DNA of 32,409 nt, taken from contig JBGPIJ010000002.1 of NCBI GenBank assembly GCA_041484865.1, forward strand, positions 1 to 32,409, written 5' to 3'. This document shows, piece after piece, positions 7,487 through 16,076 of this stretch. The notes below the pieces were generated by a model that was not told the DNA's origin, made no database searches, and saw only the letters and a program-made list of their open reading frames with translations. Position numbers and translations under genes: made by a program. The stretch is from Gemmatimonadota bacterium (lineage in GTDB: Bacteria > Gemmatimonadota > Gemmatimonadetes > Gemmatimonadales > GWC2-71-9). How positions within the stretch are numbered: position 1 is the stretch's first letter; every line of letters begins with the position of its first letter.

Positions 7487-9181
7487 ATGAGGCTTGGGAA
7501 TCGATGGTGGCTGGCGATGGGCATGGTGTCGATCGCGGCAGTGCCGGCACGCTCGCAGCAAGCCGGCGCGCCGAGCGTCACGACGGCGATGCTCGAGAAG
7601 GCGTCCGCGAGCGGCGATTGGCTGATGTACGGACATAATTACTGGAACAACCGCTATTCACCTCTCACGCAGATCAATACTTCCAACGTCAAGAATCTGG
7701 TTCCGAAATTCGTTTTGCAGACCGGCATGGCGCGGCTGGGCAGCTTCGAAACGACGCCCGTGGTGGTGAACGGCACGATGTACGTCACGACGTCCGTGAC
7801 GCCGAACAACGTCGTGATCGCCTACGACCTGCGACAGAGCGGCAAGGTGCTATGGCGCTACGAGCACAAGACGGCGCCGGTGAGCACCGCGTGCTGCGGA
7901 CCGAACAACCGGGGCGTCGCGGTCGCGAACGGACTGGTCTTCCTCGGTACCCTGGACGGACAGCTCGTGGCGCTCGACCAGCAAACGGGCAAGGAGAAGT
8001 GGGTCGCGCAGGTCGGTGATCCCGCCTCGGGCTACACGGAGACGATGGCGCCGCTCACGATCGGCGATAAGGTCGTGATCGGCACATCGGGCGGCGAATA
8101 CGGCATCCGGGGCTTCGTGAAGGCGTACACCGCGGCGACCGGCGCCCTGGCCTGGACTTGGTATACCATTCCGTCGCCGCAGGAAGGCGGCTGGTGGGGC
8201 GCCTGGACGAGGACGACCCCCGAGGGAAGCGATTTGCATCGCGATGTGGCGAAGGAGAAGGCCGATTCCGCCAAGTACGCCGAAGCCTGGCAGCACGGCG
8301 GCGGCGGGGTGTGGATGACGCCGGCGTATGATCCGGAGAGCGGCACCCTGTACGTCGCGATCGGCAATCCGTCGCCCGATTTGGACGGCTCGCTCCGCCC
8401 GGGCGATAACCGGTGGACGGACGGCATCGTCGCCATCGACGCGAACAGCGGCAGGTTCAAGTGGGGCTATCAAACGGTGCCGCACGACGTGTGGGACCTG
8501 GATGCCGTGAGCCCGCCGGTCGTGGTCATGTTGGGCGGTAAGAAGGCGGTGGCGCACGCGGGCAAGACGGGATGGGTCTACGTGTTGGACGCGATCACGG
8601 GGCAGCTGGTGCGCAGGTCCGACGCGTTCGTCCCGCAGGAGAACATGTTCGCGCTGCCGACGCCCGAGGGGACGCGCATGCTACCCGGCGCGAATGGCGG
8701 GGCGGAATGGAGCCCGATCGCGATCAATCCGGAATTGGGCTATGCCTACGTCGCCGCATTGCACCAGCCGATGCACTACAAGACGCACTATGCGCCGTGG
8801 GAGAAGGGGCGGCTGTGGCTGGGCAGCGCGTTCGTGGCGATTTCCGGTCCCGAGGGCGCCCAGTGGGGCAACGTTTCGGCTATCGACCTCAACACGGGCA
8901 AGATCGCCTGGCAGGTGAAGACGGCCCAGCCGATGATGGGCGGGGTGACCGCGACGGCGGGCGGACTCGTGTTCACGGGTGAAGGAAACGGCTGGTTCGA
9001 CGCGTTCGACGCTAAGACCGGCGCGCTCGTTTGGAAGTTCCAGTGCGGCGCCGGCGCGAACGCGGCCCCGGCCGTGTTCCAGATCGACGGCGACGAGTAC
9101 GTCGCGGTGGCAGCGGGCGGCAACTTCCAGCTCAGTTACCCGCTGGGCGACGCGGTCTTCGTGTTCGGACTCCCCAAGTGA
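7487..9181 (+). CDS. PQQ-dependent dehydrogenase, methanol/ethanol family (DxD lanthanide-type signature)
   Basis: CAAGGAGG RBS. Signal peptide. WLMYGHNYWNNRYSPLTQIN, vicinal Cys pair TACCGPNNRG (7892-7897), repeated W-motif propeller blades, and HDVWDLDA (Asp codons at 8495-8497 and 8501-8503). Confidence 0.85.
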   Translation: MRLGNRWWLAMGMVSIAAVPARSQQAGAPSVTTAMLEKASASGDWLMYGHNYWNNRYSPLTQINTSNVKNLVPKFVLQTGMARLGSFETTPVVVNGTMYVTTSVTPNNVVIAYDLRQSGKVLWRYEHKTAPVSTACCGPNNRGVAVANGLVFLGTLDGQLVALDQQTGKEKWVAQVGDPASGYTETMAPLTIGDKVVIGTSGGEYGIRGFVKAYTAATGALAWTWYTIPSPQEGGWWGAWTRTTPEGSDLHRDVAKEKADSAKYAEAWQHGGGGVWMTPAYDPESGTLYVAIGNPSPDLDGSLRPGDNRWTDGIVAIDANSGRFKWGYQTVPHDVWDLDAVSPPVVVMLGGKKAVAHAGKTGWVYVLDAITGQLVRRSDAFVPQENMFALPTPEGTRMLPGANGGAEWSPIAINPELGYAYVAALHQPMHYKTHYAPWEKGRLWLGSAFVAISGPEGAQWGNVSAIDLNTGKIAWQVKTAQPMMGGVTATAGGLVFTGEGNGWFDAFDAKTGALVWKFQCGAGANAAPAVFQIDGDEYVAVAAGGNFQLSYPLGDAVFVFGLPK

Positions 9182-9732
9182 GGAGTGCGGCCACGTTTGG
9201 GTTCATGTTAGCGTTCTGTTGCGTGGGCGTCGGCGTTGTCGCCGCGCAGGGCATGGCCGACTCGAGTCAGCGGGTGGACTCGACCTGGCTCACGGTCGAC
9301 CACCACAAGAAGACCGTGACCGTTACGTTTCAGCTCATCGCAGGCCTGACGGGGCTGAACGGCGCGCTCAACTTCAACGGTTTCCGGGACGGTGGTCTCA
9401 CGCTCACCGTCCCCCGCGGGTCGCGCGTGGTCATGGCGTTCCGGAACAACGACGGCATGCTGCCGCATTCCGCGGAGGTTATCTCCAACGTGTCGCCGGT
9501 CCCTCCCGGTCCGGTGGCGCCCGTGTTTGCGCGGGCGTTTACGGTGCGGCTCGAAGAGGGCCTCCCGCCGCAGGGACAGGACACGCTGCGATTCGTCGCC
9601 GACCGGGAGGGCTCGTATCTGATTTTTTGCGCCGTTCCGGGGCATGGCACGCAGGGGATGTGGATTCGGCTCTACGTGGGCGATAAGACGAGCAAGCCGG
9701 GTCTCGCGCTGACGCCGCACGCGGGGTCGTAG
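9178..9732 (+). CDS. Cupredoxin (type-1 blue copper, sulfocyanin/plastocyanin-like) protein
   Basis: Cu ligand pattern: H (LPHSAEV) ... C-AVPG-H-GTQG-M (Cys 9628-9630, His 9643-9645, Met 9658-9660). GTG 9178 overlaps the dehydrogenase stop (GTGA) and yields a signal peptide with a basic n-region. ATG 9205 is the alternative start. Confidence 0.75.
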   Translation: MRSAATFGFMLAFCCVGVGVVAAQGMADSSQRVDSTWLTVDHHKKTVTVTFQLIAGLTGLNGALNFNGFRDGGLTLTVPRGSRVVMAFRNNDGMLPHSAEVISNVSPVPPGPVAPVFARAFTVRLEEGLPPQGQDTLRFVADREGSYLIFCAVPGHGTQGMWIRLYVGDKTSKPGLALTPHAGS

Positions 9733-9796
9733 GCAGGAGCGGTAGAGTCACCAGCGACGGGGATTCACGATGGCGTACTCGCAAGGAGGTTCTCAT

Positions 9797-10981
9797 ATGA
9801 AGCGTCTCGCTCTCTTGTTGGTGATCGGCGCAGCCTTGCTTCCGACTAGAGCCCAGTCGCAGCTCATCATGACGATGTCCAACGGATGGGCGTTCTCGTT
9901 TTCGGGAAACGTCAATGCGTTTTGGGTCTTCACGAAGCAGAACAACAACGGACCGACCAACTCGAGCGTCCGGACTGGACTGCTCCCGGGGTTCGCGAAC
10001 TTCGAGGCCCGAGGCAAAGAGGGCGGGCAGAACCTCGCTGTTCACTTCGGGTTTGCGCCGCAGATCAACAACGCGGGCGTGCATGACCAGTTCGGCGCGC
10101 AGATCGATATGCGCGAGGTCTACCTGACCGTAGGTGGCGCTTGGGGCCAGGTGCTTGCGGGCCGCGAGTTGGCCCTTTTTGGTCGGCAGAACATCCTCAA
10201 CGATCAAACCCTGTTCGGGGTCGGGTCCGTCGGGATCGGCGGTGGCCAGGGCGGTGGCACTACCTTGGGCCGCATCGGGTACGGCTACATCTATCCGAAT
10301 TTCAACGCCCAGTTCACCTACACGACGAAGTCCGGTCAGCCGGCACAACTCTCAGTTGGGCTATTCCAGCCCAGCATCGTAGTGGCCCAGCCGGGCGGCA
10401 ACAGCTACAACTACACCCCGGTCCCGAGGCTCGAGGCCGAGTTCACCTTCAACCAGAAGAGCGGCGCCAACAAGTGGCTCATCTGGGCGGGCGGCGTGGC
10501 GCAAACGGAGTCGAACGCGCCCAGCAATGGGCACACGCTTACGTCGGTGGGTGGGACCGCAGGCGTGCGTTTCGACATCTCGACGCTTTCGATCGTCGCG
10601 TCCGCGTATTCGGGCAAGGGGCTCGGCACTCTGCTGATGTTTAGCAACATCTCAGGAGGACCAGTCTCGGCGAACGATTCGTCGGCCCGCAGTTCGGACG
10701 GCGGGTACGTTCAGGTGGGGGTCCTCTTCAACAAGAAGACGACGCTCGCGGGGAGCGTCGGATTGAGCCGGCTCAAGAACGCTGGATCGGGGGAGAACGC
10801 CGGCTCAGGTGGGAACGACGCGCTGCGCTCACAATTGACCTCCTACACTGCCGGTATCTACCATCAGTGGACGAAATCGACGAAGCTGGTGTTCGAGGTC
10901 ACCGAAGAGCATCAACAGGGTCGTGCAACACCGTCTGCCTCGCAGCTCGACGTCTCTGGAGGGATTCTGCTGTTCTTCTAA
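9797..10981 (+). CDS. Outer-membrane porin (beta-barrel)
   Basis: AAGGAGG RBS. Signal MKRLALLLVIGAALLPTRAQS. Gly/aromatic-rich alternating strands. C-terminal ...VSGGILLFF. Confidence 0.6.
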   Translation: MKRLALLLVIGAALLPTRAQSQLIMTMSNGWAFSFSGNVNAFWVFTKQNNNGPTNSSVRTGLLPGFANFEARGKEGGQNLAVHFGFAPQINNAGVHDQFGAQIDMREVYLTVGGAWGQVLAGRELALFGRQNILNDQTLFGVGSVGIGGGQGGGTTLGRIGYGYIYPNFNAQFTYTTKSGQPAQLSVGLFQPSIVVAQPGGNSYNYTPVPRLEAEFTFNQKSGANKWLIWAGGVAQTESNAPSNGHTLTSVGGTAGVRFDISTLSIVASAYSGKGLGTLLMFSNISGGPVSANDSSARSSDGGYVQVGVLFNKKTTLAGSVGLSRLKNAGSGENAGSGGNDALRSQLTSYTAGIYHQWTKSTKLVFEVTEEHQQGRATPSASQLDVSGGILLFF

Positions 10982-11010
10982 AAGCAGAAACGGAAACAGG
11001 GATGACGAAA

Positions 11011-11054
11011 AAGGCGTTGAGGGTTGCTTTTCCCTCAACGCCTTCTCGTTTTCC
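11011..11054. terminator. Bidirectional intrinsic terminator between the porin gene and infA
   Basis: AAGGCGTTGAGGG, loop TTGCTTTT, CCCTCAACGCCTT (13 bp). T-rich tracts follow on both strands. Confidence 0.75.
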
Positions 11055-11063
11055 AGAGTACCC

Positions 11064-11279
11064 TTACTTATATCTGTAGGTAATCCTTCCCCGCGTCAGA
11101 TCGTAGGGTGACAGATCCACCGCCACCCGATCGCCCTGCAGAATCCGAATGTAGTTCTTTCGCATCTTGCCACTGACGTAGGCGAGCACCTCGTGTCCGT
11201 TCTCGAGCTTGACACGAAACGTGGTGTTGGGGAGGACCTCGCTGATCGTCCCCATCATTTGAATGGCGTCGCCAGCCAC
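11064..11279 (-). CDS. infA: Translation initiation factor IF-1
   Basis: 71 aa. [62 protein letters not shown] is the canonical IF-1 S1-fold sequence. GTG start. Confidence 0.95.
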   Translation of the reverse strand: MAGDAIQMMGTISEVLPNTTFRVKLENGHEVLAYVSGKMRKNYIRILQGDRVAVDLSPYDLTRGRITYRYK

Positions 11280-11320
11280 CGGCGTCCGTTACCCCTTTGC
11301 CCGTCGCGTGGTCGCGGCTG

Positions 11321-11605
11321 CTAGTGCAACGGTGCCGCGGGGTGGGGATCCATCGTGGCGTCGCGCGGCGGCTCGGGACCTCGCGCGATGTAAGACGCGT
11401 GTCGGCCGCACGCCTGGCAGGTCAGGGTGATGCGCTCCGAGCGCGGGAGGAGGAGTATGCCATCCTTCACGCCGCGGCGCCTGGGGACCCGCTGGATCGA
11501 CCGCGTCTCGCAAGACGGGCAGACGAGCGGCTCGTGCTCCCGGTCGGCGGCGACCAAGGTCAGCGCCTCTGGCGCCCGGTACTCCTTAATTCCGCGTCGG
11601 CCCAC
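11321..11605 (-). CDS. Small zinc-ribbon protein (hypothetical)
   Basis: CPSC...CQAC pair. High GC3 in this frame. GTG start is preceded by GGAGGTG about 12 nt upstream. Confidence 0.55.
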   Translation of the reverse strand: MGRRGIKEYRAPEALTLVAADREHEPLVCPSCETRSIQRVPRRRGVKDGILLLPRSERITLTCQACGRHASYIARGPEPPRDATMDPHPAAPLH

Positions 11606-11837
11606 GTGTTACTTGCACCTCCGACTCCCAATCTAGTCCCCCTTGGAAGGGCGGCAACGGCCGCAACGCGGCGTCCGACGGCCCGGTCCACGACGTATCT
11701 CTCAGCGGGTCAGGAGGTTACCATGGTCGAGCCTGAGTACACTCAGTGCCAGGAATCGACGTGAGAGGCGGTAAAGCCCTGGCAGCATGGTTTCACGTTG
11801 AGCGGGGACGGCTAAGATGCCTCGATCGCTCGAATTC

Positions 11838-11866
11838 TTGACGCTGTGTGGGGCGGGATGTAGCTT
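11838..11866 (+). promoter_or_regulatory. Sigma-70-like promoter candidate for 11899..12216
   Basis: TTGACG (11838-11843), 17-nt spacer, TAGCTT (11861-11866). About 26-nt leader containing GGAG. Confidence 0.35.
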
Positions 11867-11898
11867 GGCGCGACCTCACACGCCGGAGCACGCGCTCG

Positions 11899-12216
11899 AT
11901 GCCAGCCGAACTCGGCGGGTCGCAGATCTCCTCTCTGCTCGAAGCTCTTCCCGGCATCGCGAGTGTGCTCCGCAGCCCCGTCGCCGACGCGCTCGTCAAG
12001 GCGATTCGGGCCGCTGTCGGTGTGGGCGAATTCACCGGCGAAGACGCCGAAGAGCTGGTGCGCTATGCGGTGCGTCGCGGCCTGATCGGGCCCGACGAAG
12101 GCGACCGCGTCCTCGCGGATGTGCAAGGCGCGCTCAAGGCGACGCGCAAAGTCCCCCGGCCCCCCAAACCGAAGCCGAAGAAGAAGGCCGCAGCAAAGAA
12201 GCAACCGCGGCGCTGA
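11899..12216 (+). CDS. Hypothetical protein with Lys/Pro-rich basic C-terminal tail
   Basis: ATG 11899. Helical N-terminal domain, then KVPRPPKPKPKKKAAAKKQPRR (histone-H1-like tail). High GC3. Confidence 0.55.
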   Translation: MPAELGGSQISSLLEALPGIASVLRSPVADALVKAIRAAVGVGEFTGEDAEELVRYAVRRGLIGPDEGDRVLADVQGALKATRKVPRPPKPKPKKKAAAKKQPRR

Positions 12217-12240
12217 CGGGTAGTTCCTCCGGAGTCGACA

Positions 12241-13935
12241 TCACACCCGCAGTCCCTTCACCAGGGCGCGCAGCGTCTGCGCGGCCTGCAGCAGTTCGCC
12301 GCTCGTCGCGGCCATCTGCTGGGTCGAGGCGCCCTGCTCCTGCGCGGCCGCCGTGACCTGTTCCGCCCCGGCGGCGTGCGCGCTGGACTGGCTCGCGACC
12401 TGCTCCGCCTGCCGCTGCAGCTGATCCGTGATCTCGCGGTTCCGGTGCGCGGCGTGCGCCACCCGCGCCGCCGACTCCTCGACCTGCTGGACCGCGGCGA
12501 CGATGGCGGCCAGCCCCCGTGCCGCGCCTTCGGCGATCGCCTCGATGCCGCGGACCTTGGCCGTGCCCGCGGCCATCGTCGCCGTGACGTCCTCGACCTG
12601 TTCGCGAATCGCGTTCGTGGTTTTCGTCACGTCCTCGGCCGCCCGCGACGACTCGTCGGCGAGCTGGCGCACTTCCTCCGCGACGACCGCGAACCCGCGG
12701 CCGTGCTCGCCCGCGCGAGCGGCTTCGATCGCCGCATTCAACGCGAGGAGGTTCGTCTGGGAGGAAATGCGGCGGATCAAGTCGACGAAATCGTCGATGG
12801 CCGTGCTCTGGCTCGCGAGCTGCGAGACCTGAACCGAGGTGGTTTGCACGACTTCGCGTACGTCGAGGAGCACGGTCGAGGCGGAAGCGATGTCTCCGTG
12901 GTGCCGGTTCGCGACCACGCCGATCTCCTCACCGAGCGTTGCAACGCGTTCGGCCGCCTCCCCGATCTCGGTCGTCGCGCGGCGCAGCTCGGTGAGCCCC
13001 GTGCCGATCACGCCGAGCTCGATGCGCTGGCGCTCCGCACCCGATGACATGTTCACCATCGCGGTCGACACCTCCCCGGCGGACGCAGCCAGCTCTTCGC
13101 TGATGGACGACAGCTCGCTCGCTGACGACGCGATCTGATCCGCGCTCTGGACGATCTCCGTGACCATGGTGCGCAGCCGGTCCCGCATCTGCCGCATCGC
13201 GTCCGCCAGCAGCTGAATCTCGAGCGGCATGCGGCCCGTCGTCATCGGCCGCAGGTCTCCCCCACCCAGTTGTCCCGCGGCGGTTGCCATTCGCTGCAGC
13301 GGCTCCTCGACCGATTCCACCGTCCAGTATCCCACCAGCGCTGCCGCGATGACGGTGGCGAGGAGGCCGACGTACAGATAGGCCTCCCAGCGCCCCGTCA
13401 GCGCGGCGAGCCTCCGCTCGGCTCGGCGGGCGCGCCCCGTCATTTCCGTGGCGAGTGTGCGCACGGTGCGCGTCAGCTCCGCTGCCGGCGGCAGCACCGC
13501 GCCCGCCCATACCCGCGCCTGATCCTCGCGTCCGAGATCCTTGAGGGTGTGGGCCATCGCGTAGCCGACTTCGATCGCAGACTGGAGCTGCCGGATGCGA
13601 TTCACCGCGAGGCGCTGATCGAGCGTCAAGTCGGGCGTCCGCTCCAGCTCGCGCGAGAACTCGAAGCTTTCGTCGGCGGCGCCCCGAAACTGGCGCCCCA
13701 ACGACGCGGTCGGCGTGATCAGGTATTGCTGGCCGGCGTTGATCTCCTGGAACACGCTGGTCACGATGCCGTTCGAGATTTCACCGGAGTGCTGGGCCGT
13801 CTCGAGCTCGGCGGCCTGCGAGAGGCGCACCGTCCTCAGGGCGTAGACGCTGAACAGCGCCATGGACACGACCGCGCACCCGAGCAGCGCGAGCCCGCCG
13901 AGCAGGCGGACGCGAATTGTGTCGAGCCGACTCAC
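12241..13935 (-). CDS. Methyl-accepting chemotaxis protein
   Basis: Two TM segments flanking a periplasmic sensor region, a HAMP region, and the highly conserved signalling hairpin [34 protein letters not shown]. The GTG start overlaps the upstream stop (GTGA). Confidence 0.9.
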   Translation of the reverse strand: MSRLDTIRVRLLGGLALLGCAVVSMALFSVYALRTVRLSQAAELETAQHSGEISNGIVTSVFQEINAGQQYLITPTASLGRQFRGAADESFEFSRELERTPDLTLDQRLAVNRIRQLQSAIEVGYAMAHTLKDLGREDQARVWAGAVLPPAAELTRTVRTLATEMTGRARRAERRLAALTGRWEAYLYVGLLATVIAAALVGYWTVESVEEPLQRMATAAGQLGGGDLRPMTTGRMPLEIQLLADAMRQMRDRLRTMVTEIVQSADQIASSASELSSISEELAASAGEVSTAMVNMSSGAERQRIELGVIGTGLTELRRATTEIGEAAERVATLGEEIGVVANRHHGDIASASTVLLDVREVVQTTSVQVSQLASQSTAIDDFVDLIRRISSQTNLLALNAAIEAARAGEHGRGFAVVAEEVRQLADESSRAAEDVTKTTNAIREQVEDVTATMAAGTAKVRGIEAIAEGAARGLAAIVAAVQQVEESAARVAHAAHRNREITDQLQRQAEQVASQSSAHAAGAEQVTAAAQEQGASTQQMAATSGELLQAAQTLRALVKGLRV

Positions 13936-15050
13936 GGCGTCACGTCCGTGACGAGACGGCCGCGGCGGACGACGCCGATCACCACGTTCTTGGACGGCGC
14001 GTCTCCCGCGCTGTCGAAACGGATGGCCCCCGTCACTCCCTCCAGCGCCGGCACCCGGTGGCCGACTTGCGCGATGTAGTCTCTGATCGCGCGCCGGTCC
14101 GTGCCGTGCGCTTGGACCGCCCGCGCGATGAGATTGACGGCATCGTAGGCCGCCGCGCCGCGGTGGTCCGGCTGCTCGCCGGGGTGGGCACGGCTGTATT
14201 GGGCCACGAACGCGGCATTGCGCTCGCCGGGTGCGTCGGCGAGATAAGCGGCTGGAAGCCGCACGTTCTCCGCGAGCGCTCCCGCGGCTTCAATGCCGGC
14301 CAGCGCATCGCCTCCCACGACTCGCCACGGCACCTTCAGGGCGTGCAGCTCGCGCAGCGCCATCTCGGCCGCCGATCGCTCGGTGGCGAGCACGAGGAGG
14401 TCGATCCCTGCCCGCCGCATGCGCTCGAGATACGGTTCGAACGAATAGACTGCGGGGATGTACGGGTCCTCTTCCACCACCGTACCGCCGAGTTTCGCGA
14501 AATCGGCGGCGAACGTCCTCCGGACTCCTCGACCGTAGTCGTCGCTGGCGAAGATGATGCCCGCGCGCCGGGCGCCCATCCCCTGCCGGGTAAGCCGGGC
14601 GAGCGCGGCGCCATACGCCAGGTCGCTCGGACAGAGGCGGAAGACGTAGGGACTGAGCCCGCTCAGGTCCGGGCTTGAGGCGGACGGGGAGATCATCACG
14701 ACGGGATGCGGGCCGCCGCCATAGACTTGGGCCGCGGCGATCGAGGCGCCCGAGGTGAGGTGACCGACCACCGCCACCACGTCTGCATCGTCATACAGGG
14801 CCTGAGCCGACCGAACCGCGCCGTCTTCACTCGCGCTGTCGTCCACGACTCGCAGCTCGACCGCCCGCCCGCGGATCCCGCCCCGCGCGTTGATCTGATT
14901 CACGGCAAGCTGGGCGCCGTGGAGCATCGACACCCCGCGGGGCTCCGAGAACGGCCCGGCCAAACCGATCTTCACGGGCCCGTGGGAACGGGAGCACGCC
15001 GCGAATAGGAAAGCGGCGCCGAGGGAAGCGAGGGTGCGTGCCGAGCGCAT
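13932..15050 (-). CDS. Periplasmic solute-binding lipoprotein, Leu/Ile/Val-binding (Peripla_BP_6/LivJ-like) family
   Basis: ATG 15050 gives [19 protein letters not shown] (lipobox). [46 protein letters not shown]...[11 protein letters not shown] matches the family N-terminal lobe. No ABC permease or ATPase genes are nearby. Confidence 0.8.
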   Translation of the reverse strand: MRSARTLASLGAAFLFAACSRSHGPVKIGLAGPFSEPRGVSMLHGAQLAVNQINARGGIRGRAVELRVVDDSASEDGAVRSAQALYDDADVVAVVGHLTSGASIAAAQVYGGGPHPVVMISPSASSPDLSGLSPYVFRLCPSDLAYGAALARLTRQGMGARRAGIIFASDDYGRGVRRTFAADFAKLGGTVVEEDPYIPAVYSFEPYLERMRRAGIDLLVLATERSAAEMALRELHALKVPWRVVGGDALAGIEAAGALAENVRLPAAYLADAPGERNAAFVAQYSRAHPGEQPDHRGAAAYDAVNLIARAVQAHGTDRRAIRDYIAQVGHRVPALEGVTGAIRFDSAGDAPSKNVVIGVVRRGRLVTDVTP

Positions 15051-15178
15051 GGGTGTGGAGGAGTGCGGGGCAAGGTTAAGACCCCGGGTGGGTAATTGCA
15101 ACCTGTTCCTGCACAAGGTTTCCCCGTGCTTACGGGCCCCTCGCCCCCGGCGCCAGGCGGGGTACTTTTCTTTGCGGA

Positions 15179-16018
15179 ATGATCCTTTCGATGGTCTGCC
15201 GGTTCGTCGGCGCCCTGGAGCGGCTCCTGACGGCGCGCGACGCCGTCGCATTCGAGGAGGCGTGGGAGGCGCAAAGTCTCGGCCAGCTCGGTTGGGAGGC
15301 GCTCGCCCTAGCCCGCCGGGCCGACGAGAGGGGACTGGAGTCGGCGCTCGCGCAGGCGGATCGCCGGCTCCTTGCCGTACTCGAGCGCAGCCGCTCGTTC
15401 CTCGAGCGCCATGTTCTCACGTTTCGGGTACCCGAGCTCGAACGCTGGCAGCACGCCGCGGCGGCCGCCCTCGTGGGAGCTCGCTGGGGGGTTGCTGGAC
15501 TCCGCACCGTCGTCGCGGACACCCAGGCGCCGCTACCCCGGCGCTACTTCGCCTTTCTGGGACTCGCGGAGCGACATCCCCCGGGTGCCTGGCCGCTGTT
15601 CGAGCGGTACCTCCTCACCCCCCGCGCCCACCACGCCTTCGTCGCCGCGGCGATCGAGGCCGCGCGTCACTACCCCGGGCACGCCCACGTGCTCATCGCG
15701 CTGTTCGATCGGATTCGGGGCGATCAGATGCTGCGCCGCTTCCTCGGCCCCAAGATCCTCGAGTCGCTCTACGTGCTCGGTGATCCCGTGAGCCTGCCCC
15801 TGTTCGAAGGACTGCTTGTGGCGGGCCATACCGACGCGGATTTCGATCGCTGTGAGGTGACGCGTGCGCTCGTCGCGGTCCGTAAGATGACGGGACGGAT
15901 GGCGCCAAGCTCGAAGTTCGGGGATGGCGACGCGCCGGCGTTGCATCGCACCCTCGACGACGCCGAGCGGCTGTTCGAGACCGAGCGCGACCGGGTTGTT
16001 CCGGTCACCGTCATCTGA
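15179..16018 (+). CDS. Hypothetical helical-repeat protein
   Basis: 279-aa ORF with high GC3 and no recognisable motif. Lies directly upstream of the kinase gene. Confidence 0.55.
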   Translation: MILSMVCRFVGALERLLTARDAVAFEEAWEAQSLGQLGWEALALARRADERGLESALAQADRRLLAVLERSRSFLERHVLTFRVPELERWQHAAAAALVGARWGVAGLRTVVADTQAPLPRRYFAFLGLAERHPPGAWPLFERYLLTPRAHHAFVAAAIEAARHYPGHAHVLIALFDRIRGDQMLRRFLGPKILESLYVLGDPVSLPLFEGLLVAGHTDADFDRCEVTRALVAVRKMTGRMAPSSKFGDGDAPALHRTLDDAERLFETERDRVVPVTVI

Positions 16019-16076
16019 GGCGAGTGGACGGGCGCCGCTGTTGCTCTTCGTCCGTCGCGAACGAATCTTTGGGGTC

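Noticed and set aside
15051-15178. Alternative upstream start (15251) for the solute-binding protein
   Set aside because: The 67 extra residues are Arg/Gly/Pro-rich and precede a perfect lipoprotein signal that begins at the Met encoded at 15050. The extension also crosses the divergent promoter region.
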